This document shows, piece by piece, positions 12,122 to 22,863 of a stretch of 64,000 bases of DNA. The notes beneath the pieces were generated by a model. That model worked only from the letters and a program-made list of their open reading frames with translations. It did no database searches and was not told the DNA's origin. The stretch is from Squalus acanthias (taxonomy: Eukaryota): contig CM059425.1 in NCBI GenBank assembly GCA_030390025.1, positions 175,958,001-176,022,000 on the forward strand, read 5' to 3'. The translations under genes and the position numbers were made by a program. Positions within the stretch are counted from its first letter, which is position 1, and the number at the start of each line of letters is the position of its first letter.

Positions 12122-13393
12122 GAATGTGGAACCAGAATTCTGGGGGTTCCCGCCAATATCTTTCTCAAACTACAGTATTGTTTCCAGGCAGATATTTTTT
12201 TACTGTGGGTGGTACAATAATTGATACAATCAATTAAGAATATCTCATCCACAGAATACATGTGTGGCAAACTCCAGATATTAGCCACCATCTGTTTGCT
12301 GAATGGTTTCTGAATGTATTTATTAACTTTGAATGAGACTCAGACGGATGCATAATTCAAGGTTCGAATTATATTTGCATCAGCTATTACAACCCTAAGT
12401 TTTGGGAGGATGGACTGAATCAAATATTTTACCTAGCTAAGTATGTTTGGTAGCAGGAAAAATAAAATATAATGGTAATTTTCTGACACTGTGTCTGCTC
12501 CAAGTTATAGCCTCACTAGATGGCAGCACAAGTCACAGAATTGGCCCGATGCTATGACAGTCCTTTCACTGATTCTCAGTCCTGTCACACCAGGAGCCTC
12601 ATCTTGCAAAGTTACTCCTTAACATCTACCACACCGATGCACCAACCACTAAATAGATATCAGATCATTCTAATTTATCTTTAGCTGGACTGTGCTAGCC
12701 TGAATGTTCTGAGGCAGTGGATTTCTGTGTTAAATTCTCCAGTAATTACAGTATAGTGGTTTTTCCAATTCTAATAATGTTATTGAAGACAAAAAGGGGA
12801 GGGTCTGTGATGTGGATACACAGGCTACCCATATTCAGCTCCTTTCTATTAAGCAGTCTTTGCTTTAGCGAGCCACGAAGTTAGCTGGTCTATTGCTGAT
12901 TAATATTATATTACAGCTCTTCCCTTCAGTACTAGTTTGGCAGATGCCATGTTAATTCTCTCCAAGTGTGCACTGAAATTGAAGATGTTGGTGATCAGGT
13001 GATCTGGAAATTCTCCTGTTAACACTGGGAATATTTGATTCAGTATCCTCCCAAAACTTAGGGTTGTAATAGCTGATGCAAATATAATTCTAACCTTGAA
13101 TTATGCATCCATCTGGGTCTCATTAGAAGTTAATAAATAAATTCAGAAATCACTCAGCAAACCAGATGGTGTCTAAATGAATCACTGCTTTGGGATTGAA
13201 ATGCTTACCCATTAACAGCCAGAATATCTGGAGTTTACCACACATGAATTTTGTAGATAAGATGGTCTTAATTGATTGTATCAACTATTTTGCCTCACAC
13301 AGGTAAAAAAAAATCTGTCTGGCAACAATACTGTAGTTTCAGAAAGAAATTACTGCAGTTTGAGGGAACCTCCAGAATTTTGATTCCATATTC
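12122..13393. repeat. Long inverted repeat: arms about 12122-12430 and 13030-13393, spacer about 600 bp
   Basis: For example, GAATTATATTTGCATCAGCTATTACAACCCTAAGTTTTGGGAGGAT in the left arm is the exact reverse complement of ATCCTCCCAAAACTTAGGGTTGTAATAGCTGATGCAAATATAATTC in the right arm. Confidence 0.9.
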
Positions 13394-15978
13394 CCGACAG
13401 GCAAGGTTCCCAAGCAGTCATTTGTAAAATCGGCCCTCTTCTGTTGGCTTGTCCAAATCTTATTGGGGGCTAAATTGGGCCGTGCAGTGCCCATTTTTCA
13501 GGTGCTACACGACCACATAAGACTTGAAAATGGTGACCGAGATGCACGTGCACACTTCCTGTGGAAAGTGTGCAGAACACCATCGTGGTAAAGGGTTTTG
13601 CACACGCGCACACCTAATGACCACTGGCAGTATGAAGAGCAGCGAGATAATGACGTGAATCAGTGAGCTACGCTAATTTGAAGCCACCGCTGCCATTTTC
13701 CAACTCCACATTCCAGCCAATGCCCTGTGTTAACCTTGCACAGCTGAACACATTGTCAAACAGAATGAAGGGCCGTCCACCAAAGGATCATGAAGTACTT
13801 ACAGGGTAGTCGCTGGATTATTTTTCTGACTATTGGTGCAATTATACGCGTTTTTGGAGGTTTCCTATACTTGGCTTGAATACTCTACAAGGAGTGGTCT
13901 GACTGGTCTTACAATACGTTTTTTGTAATATAAAATATTGTGCTGAAAGAAATTTCTTCCAGACATGGGACGCCTGGTAGGAGTTCCTCTGGGAATTGAA
14001 CATGACTGGGAGAATGAAGCAAGTCCATGAAGAGCAGGGCAGTCTGCTAGAAGTGGGAGGAAGTGGAGGAGGAGGAAGTGCAAGAGGATGTGGAGGAAGA
14101 GGACGAGAAGGGAGGCTACAACATAGACAGCCCCTTTCTACCCGCGCTCTACATGATCAGATTATTCATGAGCAATGCCAGTCAGTAACCTCAACCACAC
14201 CTCCCCATTCACCAACAGTTCCACACTCCTTACCTTTCCTCTATCACTATCCATCACATCGTCCTCTTCCTGACAACACAAAAATAAAAACCACCAGGAA
14301 ATGCAAATTCAAATCCAATTTTATAAATTCACTCATTAAGTAATGCATACAAAATGAAACTAATCACCCTTGTGCATAAGCTTAGTACCTGTCTTGAGTG
14401 TGCCTTTGCCTCTCCTAGTGCTCCTACGCAGTGCCTCCCCAGTGGCTGCAGCATGGGTGGTGGAAGGCTGCTGACCTCCAATTGAGGAGACTGCACCCAG
14501 CCTTGGAGGGTGACCTCGAGCAGCTCTGGGCCTAGAAGGTCTGGCTTCAGACTGCACCATTTCGGCTTGGGTATCAGTGGTCTGGGCTGGCTGGCAGACA
14601 GGCAGCGGCAAGGGCACTGGTGGAGTAGCAGGGGTGGGAGCAGGAATGCCATCGTTCTGAGAGAGGAAAGCAGGTTCCTGCTCCATGGAGCCACTGCCAC
14701 TCTCCCGGGGCGGTGCCTCAGCAATCCTGGTGATCTGTTGGAGAACAGATTGATGGATTGCTGTGACGCCTCGGAAGCCCCTTTGAACAGTGGTATCCAG
14801 AGTCACAATGGCAGCGGGCTGAGCTTGCATGGCAGCTGTTATGCTGCAATGGAAGCTGTGACATCTGCCATCAGATGCTGCATCATGATGTGGGTTCACA
14901 GGTGTGCTGATGGAGGTGACCACCCGTTCAATGTTTAAAAGGATGGGCTCCAAGCTCTGCACAAATGTAGCTTTCAAAAGCTCTTTATAATAATTTGTCC
15001 GTGACCACACAAACCACTCTGGGTACAGGTATATTGTGTATAAGTAAAACAGGTTTATTAAGCATTAAACATCCAGTACAAAGAAGTAATACTTAACAAG
15101 AAGATAGTCGCAGTCTGTTCATTGAACCCCAGCGTTCCTTCCGAGTGACTGTGGCGCGGTCTCTTTATCTCTTGCTGTGTTCTGTTGACTGAAGCTTCTC
15201 ATCCTCTGGTTTCGCGCTGCTTCCAGTGTTCAATAGCTGTTCCTTTATACCTTTTTCCCCCCTTCAAAATACATAGCAACTTGCAGCTGCTTGGGCTATC
15301 TCACCATTCTGACCTTCACAAGTACGGTCTATGATTCCCTCCCCTTTTCTTGTCAATCATCTTATGACCTCGTTAGTTCCACTAAGCTTATTTCTGTGCA
15401 TAACAAAATACCCTTATCTATGAACTTCACTTTACAGAACATCCTTGAGGTGTTTTCTAAACAGTTTGGGGTAAAAATTCAGTTGGTTGTGCCTCCCGTT
15501 AGCGCCTTAAGAGGGCGCTAATGGGGCGCAAAGCCGCTAGCACCCGGGCGCAGAGATGTTTGCGCCGCTATGGAACTTAACTAGACATTGTGCGGCGGCG
15601 CTAAACCTTACCGCTGCGACCACCTGCGCGCGCAGATTGTGACGTCATTCCATGGTGCAACGCCCTTGTGGCGCCCCGGAGGGGAAATTGAGTGGCGCCC
15701 CCTGCCTTACCGCCTGGTGCATCCAACGACCGGAAGACTGGAACGCTATCAATCGCTGTGGGGCTGGGGGAGGCGCTATTTAAAGGGGGCCTCTTCCTGT
15801 CTTTTTCTGTGGTTGACATTTTTGCACCACTCGTTCTGAGAGAGAGAGAGAGATTCGGAGAGAGAGAAAGAGAGACTTCTGCATTGAGTCAACGCTTTGT
15901 GAGGTAGTTTTGCCTACTGATCCTAACTTCGCTGGTACTTTGGTTGCAGTCCTTCATAACTTTGCTTGCAAAGAGACT

Positions 15979-17139
15979 ATGGGGGCTGCACTGAATGGGG
16001 CCGTCGTCCTGCTCCAGCTGAATCGGAGGACACAGAGATGCAGAGAGAGAGTGGCAATGATGGCCAGACGGAGGAGGGCCAACAGGCGTATGTACAGGAG
16101 AGCTTACCCTCCCAGGGTATATCGTGAACAGCTCTCCTACATTCATTTGTCTGAGGAGCTGTGTTTGCGAAGGCTGCGATTCAGCAAGGAGGTGGTCACT
16201 GAGCTCTGCCACCTGCTGCAGCCAGATCTGCAGCCTCAACTGAGGTCCAGGACGTCTCTGTCGGTGGCAGTGAAGGTCACAGTGGCTCTCAACTTCTATG
16301 CTACTGGCTCATTTCAAGCTGCTGCTGGGGACCTCGCCAATATCTCCCAGTTCGCGGTGCATTGCTGCATCCGGCAGGTCACAAATGCTCTCTTTAAAAG
16401 GAGACGAGAGTTCATCTCTTTCCCCATGACCCCAGACAAGCAGCGTGACCGCGCTCTGGGCTTTGCGAGGATAGCGGGCTTCCCCATGGTGCAGGGCGCC
16501 ATTGACTGCACGCATGTGGCTTTGCGTGCTCCACATGAGAATGCCGAGGAATTCCGGAACAGAAAGGGGTTCCATTCCTTGAATGTTCAGTTGGTCTGTG
16601 ACCACAGACAGCTGATACTCGCTGTCAATGCCCACTATCCTGGCAGCTGCCACGATGCTTTCATCCTGCGCCAGACTACTGTGGCAGAACTTTTCGAGGC
16701 ACCGCATCAGCCAATTGGTTGGCTTCTTGGGGACAAGGGGTATCCATTGATCACCTGGCTGATGACACTGCTCCGTACGCCCAACACCCCTGCTGAGCTG
16801 CGGTACAATGAGAGCCATCAAGCTACCAGGAACATCATTGAGTGCACAATCGGCGTGCTGAAGCAACGGTTCCGCTGTCTCGACCATTCTGGAGGAGCCC
16901 TGCAGTACTCGCCTGAGCGAGTATCCAACTTCGTAGTTGTGTGCTGCATGTTGCATAACATGGCAATCGTCAGGACCCAGCCAATGCCACCAGGCTTTGG
17001 AGCACCACCAGAGGAGGAGGAGGAAGAGGAGGAAGAGGACGAGGAGGATGATCATCAGCAGCACCAAGGCGGGAGGGCGGCCCACAATGGTGAAACTGCA
17101 AGGGCCGTCCGTCAACGGCTGATAGCAAGCCGCTTCTAG
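15979..17139 (+). CDS. Harbinger DDE transposase (HARBI1-like), 386 aa from the first ATG
   Basis: Uninterrupted ORF with an HTH-like region (VAVKVTVALNFYATGSFQ) and the motifs GAIDCTH, YPGSCHDA, LLGDKGY, IIECTIGVLKQRFRCL and CCMLHN. Acidic tail. Confidence 0.95.
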   Translation: MGAALNGAVVLLQLNRRTQRCRERVAMMARRRRANRRMYRRAYPPRVYREQLSYIHLSEELCLRRLRFSKEVVTELCHLLQPDLQPQLRSRTSLSVAVKVTVALNFYATGSFQAAAGDLANISQFAVHCCIRQVTNALFKRRREFISFPMTPDKQRDRALGFARIAGFPMVQGAIDCTHVALRAPHENAEEFRNRKGFHSLNVQLVCDHRQLILAVNAHYPGSCHDAFILRQTTVAELFEAPHQPIGWLLGDKGYPLITWLMTLLRTPNTPAELRYNESHQATRNIIECTIGVLKQRFRCLDHSGGALQYSPERVSNFVVVCCMLHNMAIVRTQPMPPGFGAPPEEEEEEEEEDEEDDHQQHQGGRAAHNGETARAVRQRLIASRF

Positions 17140-17451
17140 GGCCCCTGCTGTGGAAATGGCTTCTGCCATTGCTAACAACATCAATGAACCCAGCACACAA
17201 CCCCTAAGCCGGCCAAGGCACCAATAATTCCAAACACCAAACATGTATATTTTGAATACAAAAACTTATTTATTTTACAAACTCTGTGTGTGTCATTTCC
17301 TCATGACAAACTCATAGAAATAAACACAAAAAAACAGTCATTAACATAACTGGTTCTCACAACCTGGAGATAATGTCCAAAACACTAAACAAAAGTTGGA
17401 CCACGAACCTCGGCCTTTAATAAAAAAATGACCAGCATTTTGTCACACCTC

Positions 17452-19325
17452 CTACTTTTTGCCCTTCGAGGGTGATCTCCTTCCCTTGCGCACTTCCCCC
17501 CTTCTAACCCTACTGCTCCTCCGTAATGGGACCTCAGTGGCTGCAGCAAGGCTGGTGGAAGGCTGCTGATCGTCAGACCCTGACACTGCAGATGCCCCTG
17601 AAGGACGGCCTCGACCAGTTCTGGGCCTGGAGGGCCCGGCTGCAGACTGCACCAACACTGCATGGGCGGCAGCAGTCTGTCCTACAGGCGGTGGCAAGTG
17701 CAGTGGAGAAGTGACAGTGTTGGCAGCAGGAATGCTGTCATCGTGAGAGAGGACAGCAACTCCCTGCTCGCCCGACACACTGGCACTCCCACGGGGCAGC
17801 ACTTCAGCATCAGGAGCAATCTGCTGGAGCACAGATTGCTGGCCTGCTGCGGCGCGGTGAGAGCCCCGGGGACATGTGAACGAACCATCGAGGTTGGCAG
17901 CAGTCAGTGCTCGCGTGGCCTCAATCTGAGTCTGCATGAGAGCAGTCAGAGATGGGATCACGGCAGTCAGTGACTGAATTGCAGCACTAAGCGTTAGTGT
18001 GGCATCCGCCTGTGCTACAGCGAAGTGCTCCACACTCCTTGCCAGTGACTCAATGCATTCAGGCACCCTTCCCACTGCACCCATGAGCTCAGTTTGCATG
18101 CCCACCGCCTGGGTGTTCATTTCTGCGATCAGCCGCTCCTCCTCTGCGTCCATTGCAGTAGGAGTCTCTGGCATACTCTCCCTCTGGGGAGAAGGCCCCC
18201 GTTCTTCCCTACCCCCATGGCGTTGCTGCAGCCCGCTGGGTCCTGGAGCTTCACCCTCATCAGACCCTTCCCCCCTGCTCCCCTCCAGGGAAGGCGTGTT
18301 CCCAGTGTGGGCATGGGCTTCCTCGGGAGAGGGTGGCACTGATGCTCCGGCTTCCTCTTCCTCCTCGGCTGCAGCTTCACTCCCACTGGCAGCTTCAGGG
18401 CCCGTCTCCTCAGCTGGTGAATCACCATCTGAAAGCAGGGAGGTACAAGAGTGGCTTTAGCGTGAGGACAGGGTGGCAGTAAGGGAGGAATAAGTGCAGC
18501 GAGTTAGCAAGTTGGATTGAAAGTGTCAAAGGCTGGTGTTGTGAGGGACAAGTGGAAGGACAGAGGACAAAAAGGTGATGACCTTACCATTGCTGTCCAG
18601 AACGGGGTCGGCGTCTCCAGTGGCGACGGGACCGATCACCCGGCTTGCCACAATCCTGTGGACGCGCTCCTCAAGATCGCTGAGGGGTTGCAGCTGAGGC
18701 CGCCCTCCACCTGTCCGTTGCTGCTGTCTCCTATTATGCGCCAGCTTGGCCTGCAAGAAAAAGGACAGCATCTGAGTAAATATACAGCCATGGTCTTGCC
18801 TGATGTGCCTCCCATAGGTGAATAGCCCTTACTGTATGCAGCCATGGTCTTGCCTGATGTGCCTCCCATAGGTGAATAGCCCTTACTGTATGCAGCCATG
18901 GTCTTGCCTGATGTGCCTCCCATAGGTGAATAGCCCTTACTGTATGCAAAGTGTGGAATGTGTGTGTGTGTTTCATGAAAGGGCCATAGGTGTTGGATGA
19001 GTGTTGTGCATTGGGGTTTTAAGATCCTCTGGCCATAGAGTGAGGTTGAGATGGAGGGATGGAGAGGTATTGAGAAAAAGCCACTCACCCTGACGACCCG
19101 AGTGAGGTCGTTGAACTTTTTGCGGCATTGAGTATGGGTCCTGGGCACCATGCTCCTGGAGGAGACGCTCTGAGCCACCTCCCTCCACACTCTTCTGTAC
19201 TCGCGTGGCAAAGGCCTCCTGCCACTCTCAGGGAAGAGTATACATCTTCTGCGCTCCACCGCGCCAACCAGAGCATCCAAGGCCCGCTCGGGGAAGCGCT
19301 GAGCTCGTTCTCTCACCCTCTCCAT
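17452..19325 (-). CDS. Harbinger Myb/SANT-like DNA-binding protein, 3 exons (19325-19089, 18750-18588, 18428-17452), 458 aa predicted
   Basis: Exon 1 is MERVRERAQRFPERALDALV...WREVAQSVSS...QCRKKFNDL. Splice sites are AGG|GTGAGT, TTGCAG|GCC, ATG|GTAAGG and TTTCAG|ATG. The exons total 237+163+977 = 1377 nt and stay in frame into ORF 17452-18339. Confidence 0.85.
18785..18948. repeat. Perfect 54-bp tandem repeat x3 in intron 1 of the Myb gene
   Basis: CAGCCATGGTCTTGCCTGATGTGCCTCCCATAGGTGAATAGCCCTTACTGTATG starts at 18785, 18839 and 18893. Confidence 0.95.
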
Positions 19326-20306
19326 CCTTGGCAGCAAAATGGATTCACAGGTCTCTCCAGGCCGAGATTCAAGGCTGCAATGAGCAGGGTGTGGCTGGGG
19401 AGCAAGTTGGCCCCCCCGCTTTAAGAACTGGCCGGCGCCAGTGTGTCTGTGTTCCCTCGCTAACTGGCAGCAGCTGCGCTGCGCTCGCGCGCTGAGTTAG
19501 CGCCTCACTGCTCGGCCTTTGCGCCTTAAGACAGGTGTGCAGCGCCTGATTTAGCGCTCCACTCACCTCCCGGGGTGGTAAAAGTGAAGTTTCCAGTCAG
19601 TGGCGATAATTAGCGCCAGGCGCTAATATTTGCGTCCAGACGATATTTGCGCCCCAAACGGGACGCGACCTAATTTTTCCCCCTTTGTCTATTCTGCTGT
19701 TTCTAAAATGAAGGCTCCAACTCCTATCTCCCTTCCATAACATTACCGAACTCCATGTCCCTGACAGTCTCCGTATTTACTTAGCACCACATTCCATTAC
19801 ATCAGTAATTTAAAACAAAGGTTTTTAGTCAGGTTGGCATAATTTTCCCATCCTGCTTTGGTCTCAGCCATTCGCCATGTTATACAGGCTTTTTAGGTTT
19901 TTAACATACCATTTCACATATTATAGTTATATAAAAATGGTTCTAGAACCTTAATAATGCTTACCTTCAGGGTGAAGCATTTTGCCGACCCCTCAAAACT
20001 AAAATCTTACATATGGGTTTGTTCTCCCACGTTTATGTAACGCTAAGATATTCTGGGTTGTGATCATATTTAAACGTGATCGGGTTTTGTACATTAGGTG
20101 TTTCAGGTAGCAGGTGTAAACTAGTAAGCATATCAGTACTACAAGTTGGGTGATGACCATTACATGGGAAATTATCCTAATCCAAGGAGGAATTTCTATG
20201 TCCCTCCTTATGTTGTATTATTAGTCCCAACAATTTTTGACTCCCTACCTTGTGGCATTTGTGTTTAACTGGGTAGATCTTAATCAAACTTCTGATCTTA
20301 CATAGT

Positions 20307-20693
20307 TCAAAGTCTTACTACATGGGTTACATATATCAAATACACTATCATTACAAGTTGGAGAACTACCAGAGCGTGTGAAATAATACGAACCTAAGGG
20401 CGTGCTGATGTATTAAGCCCAATATCCCACCAGTGTGAGTTGTCCTCTATGCTGTCAATTTCAATATCTATTGTTGAGTTGTCTTGCTCCAAAACATTAA
20501 AATGCTTTAGGGAGGAGTTCAGTCATATCACAAGCTCACTGAAACCCTCAAACAACAGGGGAATGTCGTATCCGAATTGTGCCACATAATTATGCAGCTC
20601 ATACTTAAAAACATGTTGATTGATGGGACAGGTCCTGTTAGATCGGTAAAGCATGGTAGTTGCGGTAGTAGTGACACAGGAGGCACCACCAAA
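20307..20693 (-). pseudogene. Envelope-like glycoprotein C-terminal remnant (ectodomain end + transmembrane helix)
   Basis: Manual translation in one frame: FGGASCVTTTATTMLYRSNRTCPINQHVFKYELHNYVAQFGYDIPLLFEGFSELVI*LNSSLKHFNVLEQDNSTIDIEIDSIEDNSHWWDIGLNTSARP*VRIISHALVVLQLVMIVYLIYVTHVVRL*. It has four N-X-S/T sites, a Trp-rich membrane-proximal segment and a hydrophobic helix, and lies just upstream of the 3' LTR. Confidence 0.7.
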
Positions 20694-22863
20694 ATCACCT
20701 CATACTGGATTCGCACTGGTTTTTCTCACGCTCTGTTATCTACAAAACACAATTATTACAGTTACAAGTTAAATTCAGTCTTACAATCATTTCACGCGAC
20801 ATTGCAGTTTAACATCTAATCAACAAATCATGGACTTAAAAGATTCTCCAGATCTCTTTTACTCGTATCCATCTTGTGGATAATTATTGCTAATATGATT
20901 TCTCCTTAGCCTCAATTGTCCCAATCCAAATTCTTCAACTTCAATTTCAATCCCTCTAACAGGAACCAGTATGCTTAACTCTATTCTGATTGTTTCATTA
21001 ATTAGATAGTTTCTCGATGGAGTATGTGTCAATGCTTTAAAAGTTGCCTCACTCTCCTGAGCCACATTAACCATGTCAAGTAACTGAGCATGTCTGAGAC
21101 CCGGTCTTCAGTGCAAATTCACCATGCATTTCCGGATGGTAATTGCTTCATACGTAACAAATCACATTTGCAGACTCAATATCGTGCCACACGTGTCCTC
21201 CAATACAAACCATTCTCGGGCTTTCAGGTATCTTATCAAAAGATTGTAGTCGTCTGGAAATCTTTGCTCATCTTCCTCTGCATGGTCCCGATGTCTTGGA
21301 TAGTGGCCAGACTATCAAATTCAGTTTTCTTAAAAGGTTCATTATAGGCAGGGACACAAATGTCTCCAAGAGAAAGCTATCAATTTACTATACTTAGCTA
21401 CACGTTCCTGACTTTCACTAGAAAGTTTTGAAAATTCCCATTCAGTAGTGTAATTCTCCTGTTTCAATCTTACACCCTCAATCACTTCCCTTTAATTACC
21501 ATTCATATCTCATTCGTGAGTCCTGGAGAATCTTTACTGTCCACTACAATATTTAAGATAGAAAACATAGATCAAATGTTCTAACTTGGGCCAAGTTATT
21601 ATAACTTTTTATATATCATTATTTTAGAGGATCTTTTATTTTCCCAAAAGTAACCAAATATATAGTGCCTGAGTCAATTTTGTCATTTCAAAATTGTCCC
21701 AAAATCCAAACAGCAGTACTGTTGAACTGACAGGTTTTGTCAATGTTCAATTTCATTTCTATCAATTTATCTTATCAATTCCAATTTCAGAAACAAGTGA
21801 TTCCCAGGCTAGGTGGCTTACACAGTGTTTTAACATTCAAGACAGAAGTGCTGCAATTAGTTTATAAGGTAACTTCCATATAACAAAAGAAAGAAGAGAA
21901 TCCATTGTGACTCTGCTTAAGAGCCCAAGGGGTTAATTTATCAAATCATAATTTTCCTTCTGTCACTGTGGGGAAATATTAACTTAAAATTAAGAAACTT
22001 AAATTTAATAATGTCCAATATCTTTAAATTTCATTCAGCAATACTAAAGTTGTTGCTTGGTGAACTTAAACAGCTGTCAGTGGAAAGGGTTAACTCCTTT
22101 GCAGGTTTTTAAGAAGGTGGTGCGAAACATTGTCAGGCGCACGCAATTGCGTCACTTCACGTAAATTTCAAAAAATACTTTCCCGATCGAAAAAGACAGT
22201 TGTGTTTTCACACTTTAACTAAACACGAACAGAACAGATAAAACAAAACAAAATAGCACATGCTTGCAGAAAGCAGTAAATTATGTCATATTTCTTATTG
22301 TCCTTTCTTCAGATGTCTTTCCAAAATACTGTAAAAACATTGAATACAACTGGAGAAAAATTCGGTTTTCACATTTAAACAAATCAAATCAAACTGCCTT
22401 GGAAATTTCACCATAGCAACCGTGACTCCAAGGTTAAATTTTAGACTGAAACTTAATCTTTTGTTAAACAAACTTTTTGTTGTTCTTCTCAGTTTTTACA
22501 CACCAGCTTAACTTAAATTGTAGTTCAAAGTTTTTTTTTCAACTCTGGGTGCACAATCTTATTCGCACATTCTTAAAACTTCCAAAATCCAAGACAAGAC
22601 AAAAGTTTTAAACACTTTTAACACAGAGAAGTGGGTGGAGCTAAAACACACATAACAGAAACTTTCTTTTAAAGACAGATTTTTCAGACAAAAGGAATTC
22701 TGTAACTTCTTAAACATTTATAGTCAGGAAAACTTTCACCCTTTAACACACACTTTCACACAAACTGAAATTCCAGAATTTTTTTTTAAAGTTCTTTAAC
22801 TCAGCAATCTTGTGTTTTATTTGTCTCGGCACAGACGTTAATAACTTCCAAGTCAGTAAAACT

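Larger units (their letters stand above)
15468..19683. mobile_element. Harbinger 'B', apparently intact and autonomous (4216 bp)
   Basis: TIRs GGGGTAAAAATT and AATTTTTCCCCC (11/12). TTT TSD at 15465-15467 and 19684-19686, confirmed by the empty site ACAGTTTGTC in the sister LTR at 25451-25460. Two convergent intact genes. Confidence 0.95.
14966..19964 (-). repeat. 3' LTR (14966-15467 + 19687-19964), interrupted by Harbinger B
   Basis: Matches 24956-25723. About 10 mismatches in the first 502 bp by manual count. Similarity stops about 29 bp short of the other LTR's end. Confidence 0.92.

Noticed and set aside
15979..17139. Domesticated host gene HARBI1
   Set aside because: It lies within TIRs and a TSD, is paired with a Myb gene, and is inserted in an LTR, so it is a transposon gene.
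16309..17244. 311-aa minus-strand ORF
   Set aside because: Antisense shadow of the GC-rich transposase with no independent motifs.
18785..18948. CRISPR-like array
   Set aside because: Head-to-tail identical units with no spacers, in a eukaryotic context.
18636..19337. 233-aa ORF with AYSKGYSPMGGTSGKTMA repeats
   Set aside because: Read-through of Myb exon 1 into intron 1. The repeat is the intronic 54-bp minisatellite.
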